Position numbers and translations under genes: made by a program. Under the pieces are notes generated by a model. It was not told the origin of the DNA. It saw only the letters and a program-made list of their open reading frames with translations, and searched no databases. This document shows, piece after piece, positions 10,894 to 22,500 of a DNA stretch of 64,000 nucleotides. Numbering within the stretch: position 1 is the first letter of the stretch; each line of letters begins with the position of its first letter. Origin of the DNA: Barthelona sp. PCE (lineage: Eukaryota); the NCBI GenBank assembly GCA_040285745.1, contig JAUFOR010000005.1, forward strand, positions 496,001-560,000, given 5' to 3'.

Positions 10894-11570
10894 TTTGAAA
10901 CAAAGACAATTGGTTCAAAAAGGAGAAAATAGGTAAAACGCTTTAAATGTCGATTTCACTAATATATCGCGTGAGTGGTGGTGATTTACCGTTAAACAGA
11001 ACCACTGAACACAAACATTGATCGTAAATCATTCTATACTGCAACTTAGAATTCAGTTTTTCAATGCCGCAGTACAAGCAAGCCCTTCGTTTGTAACACT
11101 ATTTCAGACACATGGATACATCAAAACACCTTTGCTTATGGTGCAAAATTTGTGAGATAGCTCCTATCTCAACACTCTTCAATTCAGCCACAAACACTTA
11201 TACGATGTACATCTACAACACAATAGACGAACTTAACCGGCCCTAAAATGCTGACCCTAGTTCAAAAATGCCATATAAGGTGTAGAAAATTGTTTACATC
11301 TTCCACAGTCTTTACATCTATATCAGTCATGTGTAACATCTTAAACTTCATATATTTTACCATCTTTGTGTAAGATATGTGCCTAATCATTAGTACTATA
11401 CAATGATCCTTTTTTGATAAATGTTTTTGATGACGCAATTATCATTCAATATCGGAAGAGTTTTAATCAAAATTCAAGGTATACTTCGTATCAAGCAGAT
11501 TCACTATTCCTTCTGCCTGTTATTAGTATTTCAACTTTTTATGGAAAGAAAACAGTTGTTTCTGTAGAAA

Positions 11571-12521
11571 ATGGACTACGGCAGCATCGGAGGGGCAGAT
11601 GTGAAACCATGTGACACTAACTCTAGCTTTTTATTTTTCGTTAAGACAGTTTTTGACATTTCTGTAAGCATTGCGACGTATTACAACATTTATTTGAGCT
11701 TGGTACAGGGAAAATCTTTTCGTAGTACGAATAACTTGTTCAGTTCAGTCTTATTGAGCATATTTCTCGCTCTTCCACTTATTCTGGGTGCTTTCAAATG
11801 GTTAAGAACGGAAGTCGTGGTAGGGCACATGGGTCTGACGGCGTCAGCCATCCTCGATATTGCTCTGTTGGCGGTATTAATGACCTGCTGCGTGTTTGGC
11901 AGTAACAAAAGTGTCTTGCTTACCACGCTGGTATTAGTCCTGCTCAGCAAATGCGTGATGCCATCAACCAGGTACTCTTGGTGGAGCATGTCCCTACATG
12001 AAGGCAGGGATCTCATTACTAGACTCAAAAGCGAGAAGCCCATCTTAAAGCACGGTTTTTACCAGTCAGTATCCCGATTCAATACAGTTGAGGAGTTCAC
12101 CATTGATTCTATCGTGGACCACACAGAGGACTGCGATATTCCAACCAGTTCACCAATGTATTTACTGCAAGTTGGAACCAGTTTTAGTCCTGGTGATAAG
12201 TTCACAGAGGATCTTGAGGAGTATTTCCTCAGAAAGAGCGAGCGGGAGTATACCGGGGGAAAGGTGCAGATGAAGTGGGGTGTGCAGCAATCTCTTAAAT
12301 CGCTTGAGAAAGTCAAGAAGTTTTTAATTGTGATTTCTCAGAAGAGTACCGGGTTTGTCGGTATTAAATGGTGCATCATGCTACTTCTGGCGCCATGTCA
12401 GCTGTGGTACACGTCCCGGATCTCGTGTAACGCAGGTGTGCTAAAGCTGAAAATGATTAAAAAGTACTACTGTCATGAAGACGGTCCTAAATCAGTTGAG
12501 CGCTATTACCATTACAACTAA
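11571..12521 (+). CDS. Multi-pass membrane protein, TMEM151-like
   Basis: N-terminal hydrophobic helices, a soluble middle region, and a C-terminal WCIMLLLAPCQLWYTSR..KLKMIKKY segment resembling the TMEM151 family end (by eye). Confidence 0.5.
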   Translation: MDYGSIGGADVKPCDTNSSFLFFVKTVFDISVSIATYYNIYLSLVQGKSFRSTNNLFSSVLLSIFLALPLILGAFKWLRTEVVVGHMGLTASAILDIALLAVLMTCCVFGSNKSVLLTTLVLVLLSKCVMPSTRYSWWSMSLHEGRDLITRLKSEKPILKHGFYQSVSRFNTVEEFTIDSIVDHTEDCDIPTSSPMYLLQVGTSFSPGDKFTEDLEEYFLRKSEREYTGGKVQMKWGVQQSLKSLEKVKKFLIVISQKSTGFVGIKWCIMLLLAPCQLWYTSRISCNAGVLKLKMIKKYYCHEDGPKSVERYYHYN

Positions 12522-13206
12522 CTTTGTGGAGTTGTATTGTTTATAGTGTTATTAAACAGGAATCACGAATTTATTATTAGAAAAAGTAACAAAAGGCGAC
12601 TACTCAGAAACGTTGTTTATATACCCGAAAATAGACTGAGTACGCAGCTTGTTGAACGTGTACATTGGCCATGAAAAAGCTTAGAAAGAGGATATTCGGT
12701 TAAGCAGTGCAGTATGCGTATCGATATGCAGGTGGTGCCACACAGGTTTCAATCAGAGAAATGAACTAATTTACAGAATAAAACTCATTGTTCAAAGAGT
12801 ATATGCAGAAAATATTGAATCTTTGCAAAGTATAGTGATTTAGGGATATAAAATGCATCCACAGGTGTTAACATCAGTATAGTTGCGAATAAAGCTGAAG
12901 CTTGTTTCTCAGATTTCGTTGTGAAATTCTTTCTTTACTTCGATCGTATGAGTGATTGCACTTGTTAAATATCTTATACAGGGGGGTTTATGTGGGGTTT
13001 ATCTTTGAATGTGGGTCATATGCGCTTGCATCTGGGCTATATGACGAATTATAATTTTATAACTGCGTATATTCGGATCTAGTATATTTTGCAGTGCTCA
13101 TACATTTTATAATATCCTAAAAGGCGCATTTACTTATTTAAATGAAGTGGAATGATGATTTATGATGTTTTTGATTTGATCATCTTTTTCAAGCTTTGTT
13201 TGTGTA

Positions 13207-16200
13207 ATGTCCCTGTTGGAGAATATTCAACGGTGGGTGGCTGCACTTCATGTACTGGATGAACCATTAGAGAAGTTGAAACAAGTTTCATTCTCATTTA
13301 CTTCATTAGAAATACATATTAATGAATCGAATAGCTTTAAATTTGATTTGACTTGTGAAAACACTAATCAATCTGCCACAATTCAATTTGATTATTATAA
13401 TGAGTATACATACAATACTGAACAAACTAATGCAAGATCACCAACACTTTTAGATGTTTTCTGCTTATATATTGGTTTTAAGTTGATCATTAGTAACCCT
13501 AGAATTCATTCGTTAACGAAATGGATTTGCTTTTTGCTGTATAGAAGCGTTTCATTACCAGAAGAAATTGGTTTAAGAGTTTTTGATTCAATTGAAATTG
13601 AGAAGCTGCTCAAATCTGTCAGTCCTTGGAGTGGAGATATTACTATTGTGGTTGAAAATCTTGTATCTCTGTATTCTTCATTTATTTCTGACTTTCAAAG
13701 GCATTTTATCTCCCTATTGGCGGCATCTGGCTTTTTTTCTCTTTTTCCATATGAAAGAACTGGGTTTAAAACGTTTTGGAGTGCATTAAATTCTGGATCG
13801 TTGGATTCATCAGAAACAACCAAATTTATAATATGCAGGAATGTTGAAAGTTTGCATACTGTTCTTCTTTATGATAATCTATGTCCAGAACTTGACTTTT
13901 CTGATTGTTCAGATCCTGAAACCGTTAAGATTATTATGGAATCGATTGGAACATCTGAAGTTAATATTCCTTTTGATTTTGGAAACAATAATCAACATTC
14001 TGAAGAGGATAGCATTCTAACAAGTGCCTTTAAAAAAAAAAAGATTTGGTCACTTTTATCGAAACATGTTGACATTTATGAATCATATCCACCATTTTTT
14101 GAGTTAGAACTTCATGAAAAGCTTAATTTCCTGAGAGGATTTGTCTCAGATTCAAAAATTTCTGACCACAATGTTAGAATAAGCTTGAACATTGCTAGTG
14201 AGGGTTCTGATGAAGCTGTAATGAAAGCTATATGGTCAAACACCAGAAGACCCGTTGATCTATTCATAAATGATGATGAATCAGTTGATATTGATTTGTT
14301 TAAGTTCATTCCCGTTTTTGAAACTTTCGATTTTTTTCATCTTTCAGACTCCATTGTTGGTAATATTATTGAAAAATTTATGGAACGTCCTGGTTATCAT
14401 AATTACATCAACATTAATAGAGTATGGTCGTGTTTAAGATGCAAAGTTGCAGCTCACAGAATTGTATTACATAATCATGAAGTAAGAGACTTTTTTAGGT
14501 CTTCCTTTTCAGATGATGACCAAGCATTACATATAGATCCTTTTTATTCAGAGGACGTGCATCCTGAACAGCAAGAACTTAAAGATATTTATCAGCGTGA
14601 ATATGATCGAATTATTGCTAGTGAATCTGAAATATCTCAGATAAATGAAACACTTTCTAAAACCAAGTTATATCGGCATGAAAAGAAGAATAAGTTTGAT
14701 TTTCTTATCTTTTTTTTTGTTAATCAGTTAATTGATTTTACTTCAAAAGATCCGTTAATGCAAATTGTTATCAATATTGTATTTCAGGGATATCCACCTT
14801 TAGATGATTTTAGCCACTTTCCAGACGTACGCTTCCAAAATTTTATGTTAAATATTTATAAGCAAATTCATAAAGATGATTTCATTTTTCGGTTTTGTTT
14901 TATATTATTCTCTTTCATTCCATTTTCACATGTGAAGAACTCCATAAAGATATTCCTTGGTTTAGATAGTGATAGACACATGCTTATTCAAAAAATTCAG
15001 AGAGATTATTGGTATTTGTTTTTCAATACATGGTCAAACATCAGTTCACCATTGATAGATTGTTTAGAATTTAAATCTCCATATCTCACTATACTTGCTA
15101 GCTCTTTTTGGGACCCATCGTACATTACTCCAGTTGTTCAGCCAGTTTTGTTTAAAATTTTGTGGTACACAACCTGTAATCCTTCAAATTTATTGCAGCA
15201 TTGCTGGGATACTGTTCTGCAAGTGTGTGATCCTGTTCCAATGTTTTATTCTGGTGGGAGTTCAAAGTTAAGCCCACTTCACCTTGTTCTTTATCTTGAA
15301 GCTTCCTCAGCAAAATATGTACAACATTTAAGTAGGGAAAGCTGCATAAGAATACTTTCAAATCTATGTTCCTTTAGTACTTCTGAGCACGTTAAACGAT
15401 GGTGGGAATCCATTTCAGCCCGTTTTAATCCAATTTTGTTCAGTTATGGAAACAATTTGAGGAATTTTGATTTTGTCAAGTGCTTTATCCCCCAAAACTT
15501 TGAATCTTTGGATAAACAGCTATGTATTGATACCATTATATCTGTTAAGCATAAATATTATGTTGAGATGTCAAAAGATTCAGTTTTAGATATAGTTGAG
15601 AGTTTTACCTCAGCTGACACTTTGTATGTCGATATGAGCAACATAGATCAGGAAACTGGATTGAGTGTTATACGCTCATTTATCAAGGAACGCTTTGGAA
15701 TGAACTGGGATATTGAACTGTTAGAGAAATTATTCCATTCTTTCCTTAACAGTAATCATGAAATGGTTGACAGTATCAAATTTGATAAAACGCACATTAG
15801 TTATTGGGCTTTTTCATTAATTTTTTTAGAGAATCCAAATACTCAGTTTTTCAAAAAACAATCTTCTACTTTATTTTCCAATCCTATAAATCAGATTAAA
15901 TATTCGCAATTTAGAGATTTTATTTCCTCTTATTTTGATAATTCGGATGATTTTACTTCATTATCAGGAATTAAAAATGCTGTGCTGAAGTTTGAAGAAG
16001 AACATTGTTTTATGCCAATTATTCAGAACCAAATGGGATTGTTTAATATGCGCGTGATTAATAATTTGCAGAGTATGAAAATTGTCATAGATAAGCAGAA
16101 TTTTGTTGAATTTCTCAAATTTTTAGTGAATCAAGTGATGGTTTTTGAAGAAGATATCAGCAATTTGTGGAATTCATTCAAACATAACAAGTATTACATG

Positions 16201-19200
16201 GAAATTATGTGTGAAAACGAGGATATATTCAACCTTTTTGCTTCAAATCTTCAGCTCCAAGATTGTTCACATTTGGTTGATGATCAATGCTCCAAATTAC
16301 TTTGTTTCGGAGCATCTCTCAACGATCACGATAGATCTACATTATGGCAGCTTTTGCCGTTTAACGTTGACGCGATTATTAAATGTGATGATGAAAACAA
16401 AGAGGATGTATTCAAAAAATTTGCACCCCTGTTAAAGGTCGCTGACTGTATGCACCTTGAGAAAGCTGATTGTTTAGATTTGCTTACTATGGGATCAAAA
16501 ACTTTCAATTTTAATCACAGTATGTTGTGGCACATTCTTCCTTCGCCTTTAAAAGCAGTTTTTAATGAAAAGAATATTTGCAATGAATGCTTCAAATACA
16601 TCACTCTTACATATTGTGCCGACTTTAATGTGAAGCAGTATGTAATTCCTTACAACGATATATTAACTATGACTGAATGTTTGTATCTTAAAGTTGAAGA
16701 CTGTTCCGATATTCACTCTAAGTTGTTTGAGTGGAGAGACTTTAATCATTTATTTTTGACTTATGTTCCAATTATCAATAGATCACACCTAATGGATCTT
16801 TCTGACGAAGATCTAATAACTGTATGTAAGAACATTTTGAAGTTCTCCGTCGAACATCCGAACAGCATCTCTGTAAGTCTTTGGAATGATATGAACGATT
16901 GTGTTAAGCTTGTTAAGTTCCTCGATTATGATTCCTACATGGCCAACAAGCATCTAATTAGGCCCAACGACTATGATACGCTACATCATAAGTACATTGT
17001 TAAAATTCTTAAATTTAAACTCAATGATGAAGAAGATAAACGACGTAGGTGGAAGTACATGTCGTACATCCGAAACCCCTTGCAGAGTATTCTGAATGAC
17101 GTAAAGAAGAATGAAGTTGACGATACAGTGAACAGAGAGAAGTTGCAGTTGTTCATGGATTCTGTAGATTTCTGCTTCCAATCCAACTTTCATAATTTAA
17201 CGAGTGACGAACAAGAAGTACTCAGACTGTACTTGACCACTATCGAATCAAAAGAACTGTTGAAGGTTTTAAGAAAGCTGAAAGAACTCTCTGTCGATCT
17301 CAAGTATCTGATGGATCTTTCTGACAAAGATCTAACAACTGTATGTGAGAAAATCTTGAAGTTCTCCGTCAAACATCCCAAAAGTATCTCTGTAAGTCTT
17401 TGGAATGATATGAACGATTGTGTTAAGCTTGTTAAGTTCCTCGATTATGATTCCTACGTGGCCAACAAGCATCTAATTAGGCCCAACGACTATGATACAC
17501 TTGAACACGAATACATTGTCAAGATTTTACTTTTTGAACTCAATGAGGAAGATGCTAAGAAGCGTTGGAAGTACATATCATACATTCGCAATCCTCTAAA
17601 ATCCATTCTTAGACGTTCAATTGAGGATGATGATCAGCTGTTACAGTTAATCCTTCCATCATTAGAATTGTTCATCCAATCAAACTTTCACAACCTCAAC
17701 ATCGAAGAAGAGGATCTTCTCATTGATTATTTCGCCTCATTGACGGCCAAAGAGCGCTATGAAGTACTGAAAAAACTGAAAGAACTCTCTGTTGATCTCA
17801 AGTACTTAAAAAGATCCACCACCAATATTCACACTAGAATCATTTCTTATGCTGACTGTCATCCCGATGATAAGTTCTATGATAAAATTTGTAGTCATGC
17901 AGAAGAGTTTAAAAATGAGACAGAGATACAATCTACAAGTTCCACGTTGATTAACAATCATTTTGTTGTCAATAACAACAGCGCCATAGGATTTTACGAG
18001 AAAAAAGATCGTGAGCAATTCAGCAGCAATGATTGCTTTGTTTTCTTTTCCGTTATTCATACAATATTGTTCTTCTTCTGTATTGCATTAGTTTATTCAT
18101 TCATCGCATATGGTTCAAAAAGTATATTCAAAACCAATTTGTTGATTCATTCAGAAGATTTTTTTTTTAATGGTGAAATGGATGGTAAAACATACATAGG
18201 CAAGTTTTCATTGATAGCTTTAGGAATATCTTTGATGTTAACAATTTTCTTTGGTTTGTTTTCCAAAAACTCTCATGTTGGTTGGGGATACACATACAAA
18301 GTTTTTAGGTATATTTCATTAATTATTATCGTTGTCAACATTGAAAGAAATTGTTTTTTTGGCATTCACACTCTTTATGCATTGATAACTTTACTACTAT
18401 GCATTTGGAGCCCTGAGCTAGCACTATCATGGTTTATGTTCTCAATTGTTCCTCTTTTACATTGGACAAACTGGTGGAATGATTTCAACGTTGTTGGATC
18501 CTTTTTCTTCGGTTCTATGGTCAGCACGGTTATAGCTACAATATTTCAGCTTTACATAACCAGTTTGGCTATTCTGATTTTATTCGTTGCTTCTGTTCCT
18601 ACCGCACTTTGGGATCTAAAAATGACTGGTTGTGTGTTTTACATCTACTTTTCAATTCTAATACTTGTTTTAGAACTTTTGAATTTTCTTGAGGTGTTTA
18701 TTATTGCAAAAGGTAGAAATGTTTGTAAGACTGAAAATTGTAACTTGCAAATCTGTATTAAAAACGAATATGATAGTGTTCCAATTAACAAACATCATTT
18801 GTTACATTTTCCAAAGAATCACAGTCATTTTTACACGTTAATCAACAGTGAGCACAAGAGGTTTTGGTTTTGGTTTCCTTTTCTTCAGGTTTTGGGTCAT
18901 CCGCAGAAGTTTAAGCAACAATCAATGATTACATATGATGAATATGTTGATGACAAACAGGAAGAAGGTTCATTTTATACGTTTAAAAACACAATAAGAA
19001 CGTATGACTATGATGTTTATGGTATTCACACAATTTTGAAACTTCTTCTCGAAACAGAAAAAAATATCCCTAATGTAGAAGTACATATTGTTGTTTTGTC
19101 ATATGAAAAAGATGTCAAATCAATAATTCCACGTTTCAAAGATGCTTTAGAGTGCTTTAAGCCAGATTTTGACATTGAAGATACATATATTGGAATACCA

Positions 19201-19380
19201 ACAACTGGCATTAAAAAAACGGATGAAGATCCTAAAGATTGGAAAACTGTAACGTTTATCCTACATAATGATGATTTTGGTGTTATTCCACTATTTGTAC
19301 AATTCATCGTACTACCTCAGCCTCAGGATAACCAGCCAACAGACAGTAATTCTATTATTCCTTCAGATTCACCGGTATAG
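13207..19380 (+). CDS. Giant (2057 aa) lineage-specific protein with C-terminal multi-TM region, copy 1
   Basis: Long ORF; several hydrophobic helices at ~18030-18715; paralog of 20181-25967. Confidence 0.88.
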   Translation: MSLLENIQRWVAALHVLDEPLEKLKQVSFSFTSLEIHINESNSFKFDLTCENTNQSATIQFDYYNEYTYNTEQTNARSPTLLDVFCLYIGFKLIISNPRIHSLTKWICFLLYRSVSLPEEIGLRVFDSIEIEKLLKSVSPWSGDITIVVENLVSLYSSFISDFQRHFISLLAASGFFSLFPYERTGFKTFWSALNSGSLDSSETTKFIICRNVESLHTVLLYDNLCPELDFSDCSDPETVKIIMESIGTSEVNIPFDFGNNNQHSEEDSILTSAFKKKKIWSLLSKHVDIYESYPPFFELELHEKLNFLRGFVSDSKISDHNVRISLNIASEGSDEAVMKAIWSNTRRPVDLFINDDESVDIDLFKFIPVFETFDFFHLSDSIVGNIIEKFMERPGYHNYININRVWSCLRCKVAAHRIVLHNHEVRDFFRSSFSDDDQALHIDPFYSEDVHPEQQELKDIYQREYDRIIASESEISQINETLSKTKLYRHEKKNKFDFLIFFFVNQLIDFTSKDPLMQIVINIVFQGYPPLDDFSHFPDVRFQNFMLNIYKQIHKDDFIFRFCFILFSFIPFSHVKNSIKIFLGLDSDRHMLIQKIQRDYWYLFFNTWSNISSPLIDCLEFKSPYLTILASSFWDPSYITPVVQPVLFKILWYTTCNPSNLLQHCWDTVLQVCDPVPMFYSGGSSKLSPLHLVLYLEASSAKYVQHLSRESCIRILSNLCSFSTSEHVKRWWESISARFNPILFSYGNNLRNFDFVKCFIPQNFESLDKQLCIDTIISVKHKYYVEMSKDSVLDIVESFTSADTLYVDMSNIDQETGLSVIRSFIKERFGMNWDIELLEKLFHSFLNSNHEMVDSIKFDKTHISYWAFSLIFLENPNTQFFKKQSSTLFSNPINQIKYSQFRDFISSYFDNSDDFTSLSGIKNAVLKFEEEHCFMPIIQNQMGLFNMRVINNLQSMKIVIDKQNFVEFLKFLVNQVMVFEEDISNLWNSFKHNKYYMEIMCENEDIFNLFASNLQLQDCSHLVDDQCSKLLCFGASLNDHDRSTLWQLLPFNVDAIIKCDDENKEDVFKKFAPLLKVADCMHLEKADCLDLLTMGSKTFNFNHSMLWHILPSPLKAVFNEKNICNECFKYITLTYCADFNVKQYVIPYNDILTMTECLYLKVEDCSDIHSKLFEWRDFNHLFLTYVPIINRSHLMDLSDEDLITVCKNILKFSVEHPNSISVSLWNDMNDCVKLVKFLDYDSYMANKHLIRPNDYDTLHHKYIVKILKFKLNDEEDKRRRWKYMSYIRNPLQSILNDVKKNEVDDTVNREKLQLFMDSVDFCFQSNFHNLTSDEQEVLRLYLTTIESKELLKVLRKLKELSVDLKYLMDLSDKDLTTVCEKILKFSVKHPKSISVSLWNDMNDCVKLVKFLDYDSYVANKHLIRPNDYDTLEHEYIVKILLFELNEEDAKKRWKYISYIRNPLKSILRRSIEDDDQLLQLILPSLELFIQSNFHNLNIEEEDLLIDYFASLTAKERYEVLKKLKELSVDLKYLKRSTTNIHTRIISYADCHPDDKFYDKICSHAEEFKNETEIQSTSSTLINNHFVVNNNSAIGFYEKKDREQFSSNDCFVFFSVIHTILFFFCIALVYSFIAYGSKSIFKTNLLIHSEDFFFNGEMDGKTYIGKFSLIALGISLMLTIFFGLFSKNSHVGWGYTYKVFRYISLIIIVVNIERNCFFGIHTLYALITLLLCIWSPELALSWFMFSIVPLLHWTNWWNDFNVVGSFFFGSMVSTVIATIFQLYITSLAILILFVASVPTALWDLKMTGCVFYIYFSILILVLELLNFLEVFIIAKGRNVCKTENCNLQICIKNEYDSVPINKHHLLHFPKNHSHFYTLINSEHKRFWFWFPFLQVLGHPQKFKQQSMITYDEYVDDKQEEGSFYTFKNTIRTYDYDVYGIHTILKLLLETEKNIPNVEVHIVVLSYEKDVKSIIPRFKDALECFKPDFDIEDTYIGIPTTGIKKTDEDPKDWKTVTFILHNDDFGVIPLFVQFIVLPQPQDNQPTDSNSIIPSDSPV
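16792..17808 (+). repeat. Internal in-frame duplication (519-nt and ~498-nt units) in giant protein copy 1
   Basis: MDLSD(E/K)DL..VC..ILKFSV.HP.SISVSLWNDMNDCVKLVKFLDYDSY.ANKHLIRPNDYDTL starts at 16792 and 17311; both units end KLKELSVDLKYL; a single unit occurs in copy 2 (from 23787). Confidence 0.92.
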
Positions 19381-19419
19381 AATTTGCTTTGCCAGAGATC
19401 GCATTCATAGTTTATCCGA

Positions 19420-19557
19420 AAAATATGTGTACTGCAACAACCTAGTAAACTATTCCGTTTATTTGGACAACAGTGTTTGAATCCACTGAGCTACTCTTCA
19501 TCAAACTCACCGTATTCATCCTCATCGAAAACATCATCATCAACCTCGACAACAACG
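19420..19557 (-). pseudogene. Captured 3' fragment (last ~22 codons + 3' UTR) of the MFS gene at 26047-27669
   Basis: 138 nt almost identical to 25976-26113; the minus strand reads VVVEVDDDVFDEDEYGEFDEE-stop. Confidence 0.85.
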
Positions 19558-22500
19558 TATTGTTTATAATGTTATTAAACAGGAATCACGAATTTACTAA
19601 TAGAAAAGTAACAAAAGGCGACTACTCAAACATGTACATTGGCCATGAAAAAGCTTAGAAAGAGGATATTCGGTTATTCAGTGCAGTATGCGTATCGATA
19701 TGCAGGTGGTGCCACACAAGTTTCAATCATAGAAATGAACTAATTTACAGAATAAAACTCATTGTTCAAAGAGTATATGCAGAAAATATTGAATCTTTGC
19801 AAAGTATAGTGATTTAGGGATATAAAATGCATCCACAGGTGTTAACATCAGTATAGTTGCGAATAAAGCTGAAGCTTGAATCTCAGATTTCGTTGTGAAA
19901 TTCTTTCTTTACTTCGATCGTATGAGTGATTGAACTTGTTAAATATCTTATACATGGGGCTTTCTGTGGGGTTTATCTTTGAATGTGGGTTATATGCGCT
20001 TGCATCTGGGCTATATGACGAATTATAATTTTATAACTGTATATATTCGGATTTAGTATATTTTGCAGTGCTCATGCATTTTATAATATCCTAAAAGGCG
20101 CACTTACTTGTTTAAATGAAGTGGAATGATGATTTATGATGTTTTTGATTTGATCATCTTTTTCAAGCTTTGTTTGTGTAATGTCCCTGTTGGAGAATAT
20201 TCAACGGTGGGTAGCTGCACTTCATGTACTGGATGAACCATTAGAGAAGTTGAAACAAGTTTCATTCTCATTTACTTCATTAGAAATACATATTAATGAA
20301 TCGAATAGCTTTAAATTTGATTTGACTTGTGAAAACACTAATCAATCTGCCACAATTCAATTTGATTATTATAATGAGTATACATACAATACTGAACAAA
20401 CTAATGCAAGATCACCAACACTTTTAGATGTTTTCTGCTTATATATTGGTTTTAAGTTGATCATTAGTAACCCTAGAATTCATTCGTTAACGAAATGGAT
20501 TTGCTTTTTGCTGTATAGAAGCGTTTCATTACCAGAAGAAATTGGTTTAAGAGTTTTTGATTCAATTGAAATTGAGAAGCTGCTCAAATCTGTCAGTCCT
20601 TGGAGTGGAGATATTACTATTGTGGTTGAAAATCTTTTATCTCTGTATTCTTCATTTATTTCTAACTATCAAAGGCATTTTATCTCCCTATTGGCGGCAT
20701 CTGGCTTTTTTTCTCTTTTTCCATATGAAAGAACTGGGTTTAAAACATTTTGGAGTGCATTAAATTCTGGATCGTTGGATTCATCAGAAACAACCAAATT
20801 TATAATATGCAGGAATGTTGAAAGTTTGCATACTGTTCTTCTTTATGATAATCTATGTCCAGAACTTGACTTTTCTGATTGTTCAGATCCTGAAACCGTT
20901 AAGATTATTATGGAATCGATTGGAACATCTGAAGTTAATATTCCTTTTGATTTTGGAAACAATAATCAACATTCTGAAGTAACAAGTGCCTTTAAAAAAA
21001 AAAAGATTTGGTCACTTTTATCGAAACATGTTGACATTTATGAATCATATCCACCATTTTTTGAGTTAGAACTTCATGAAAAGCTTAATTTCCTGAGAGG
21101 ATTTGTCTCAGATTCAAAAATTTCTGACCACAATGTTAGAATAAGCTTGAACATTGCTAGTGAGGGTTCTGATGAAGCTGTAATGAAAGCTATATGGTCA
21201 AATACCAGAAGACCCGTTGATCTATTCATAAATGATGATGAATCAGTTGATATTGATTTGTTTAAGTTCATTCCCGTTTTTGAAACTTTCGATTTTTTTC
21301 ATCTTTCAGACTCCATTGTTGGTAATATTATTGAAAAATTTATGGAACGTCCTGGTTATCATAATTACATCAACATTAATAGAGTATGGTCGTGTTTAAG
21401 ATGCAAAGTTGCAGCTCACAGAATTGTATTACATAATCATGAAGTAAGAGACTTTTTTAGGTCTTCCTTTTCAGATGATGACCAAGCATTACATATAGAT
21501 CCTTTTTATTCAGAGGACGTGCATCCTGAACAGCAAGAACTTAAAGATATTTATCAGCGTGAATATGATCGAATTATTGCTAGTGAATCTGAAATATCTC
21601 AGATAAATGAAACACTTTCTAAAACCAAGTTATATCGGCATGAAAAGAAGAATAAGTTTGATTTTCTTATCTTTTTTGTTAATCAGTTAATTGATTTTAC
21701 TTCAAAAGATCCGTTAATGCAAATTGTTATCAATATTGTATTTCAGGGATATCCACCTTTAGATGATTTTAGCCACTTTCCAGACGTACGCTTCCAAAAT
21801 TTTATGTTAAATATTTATAAGCAAATTCATAAAGATGATTTCATTTTTCGGTTTTGTTTTATATTATTCTCTTTCATTCCATTTTCACATGTGAAGAACT
21901 CCATAAAGATATTCCTTGGTTTAGATAGTGATAGACACATGCTTATTCAAAAAATTCAGAGAGATTATTGGTATTTGTTTTTCAATACATGGTCAAACAT
22001 CAGTTCACCATTGATAGATTGTTTGGAATTTAAATCTCCATATCTCACTATACTTTCTAGCTCTTTTTGGGACCCATCGTACATTACTCCAGTTGTTCAG
22101 CCAGTTTTGTTTAAAATTTTGTGGTACACAACCTGTAATCCTTCAAATTTATTGCAGCGTTGCTGGGATACTGTTCTGCAAGTATACGATCCTGTTTATC
22201 TGTTTTATGGTGGGAGTTCAAAGTTAAGCCCACTTCACCTTGTTCTTTATCTTGAAGCTTCCTCAGCAAAATATGTGCAACATTTAAGTAGGGAAAGCTG
22301 CACAAGAATACTTTCAGATCTATGTTCCTTTAGTACTTATGAGCACGTTAAACGATGGTGGGAATCCATTTCAACTCTTTTTAATCCAATTTTGTTCAGT
22401 TATAAAAACAATTTAAGCAATGTTGATTTTGTTAAGTGCTTTGTCCCTAAAAACTTTGAATCTTTGGATAAACAGCTATGTATTGATATCTTTAAATCTG

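Larger units (their letters stand above)
12534..19557 (+). repeat. Tandem segmental duplication, unit 1
   Basis: 12534-13206 matches 19557-20180; the CDS 5' part is near-identical to unit 2; 19420-19557 matches 25976-26113. Confidence 0.92.

Noticed and set aside
10974-11102. Possible H/ACA snoRNA (hairpin, ACACAA, hairpin, ACA)
   Set aside because: Stems are short with competing pairings, and such boxes are frequent by chance.
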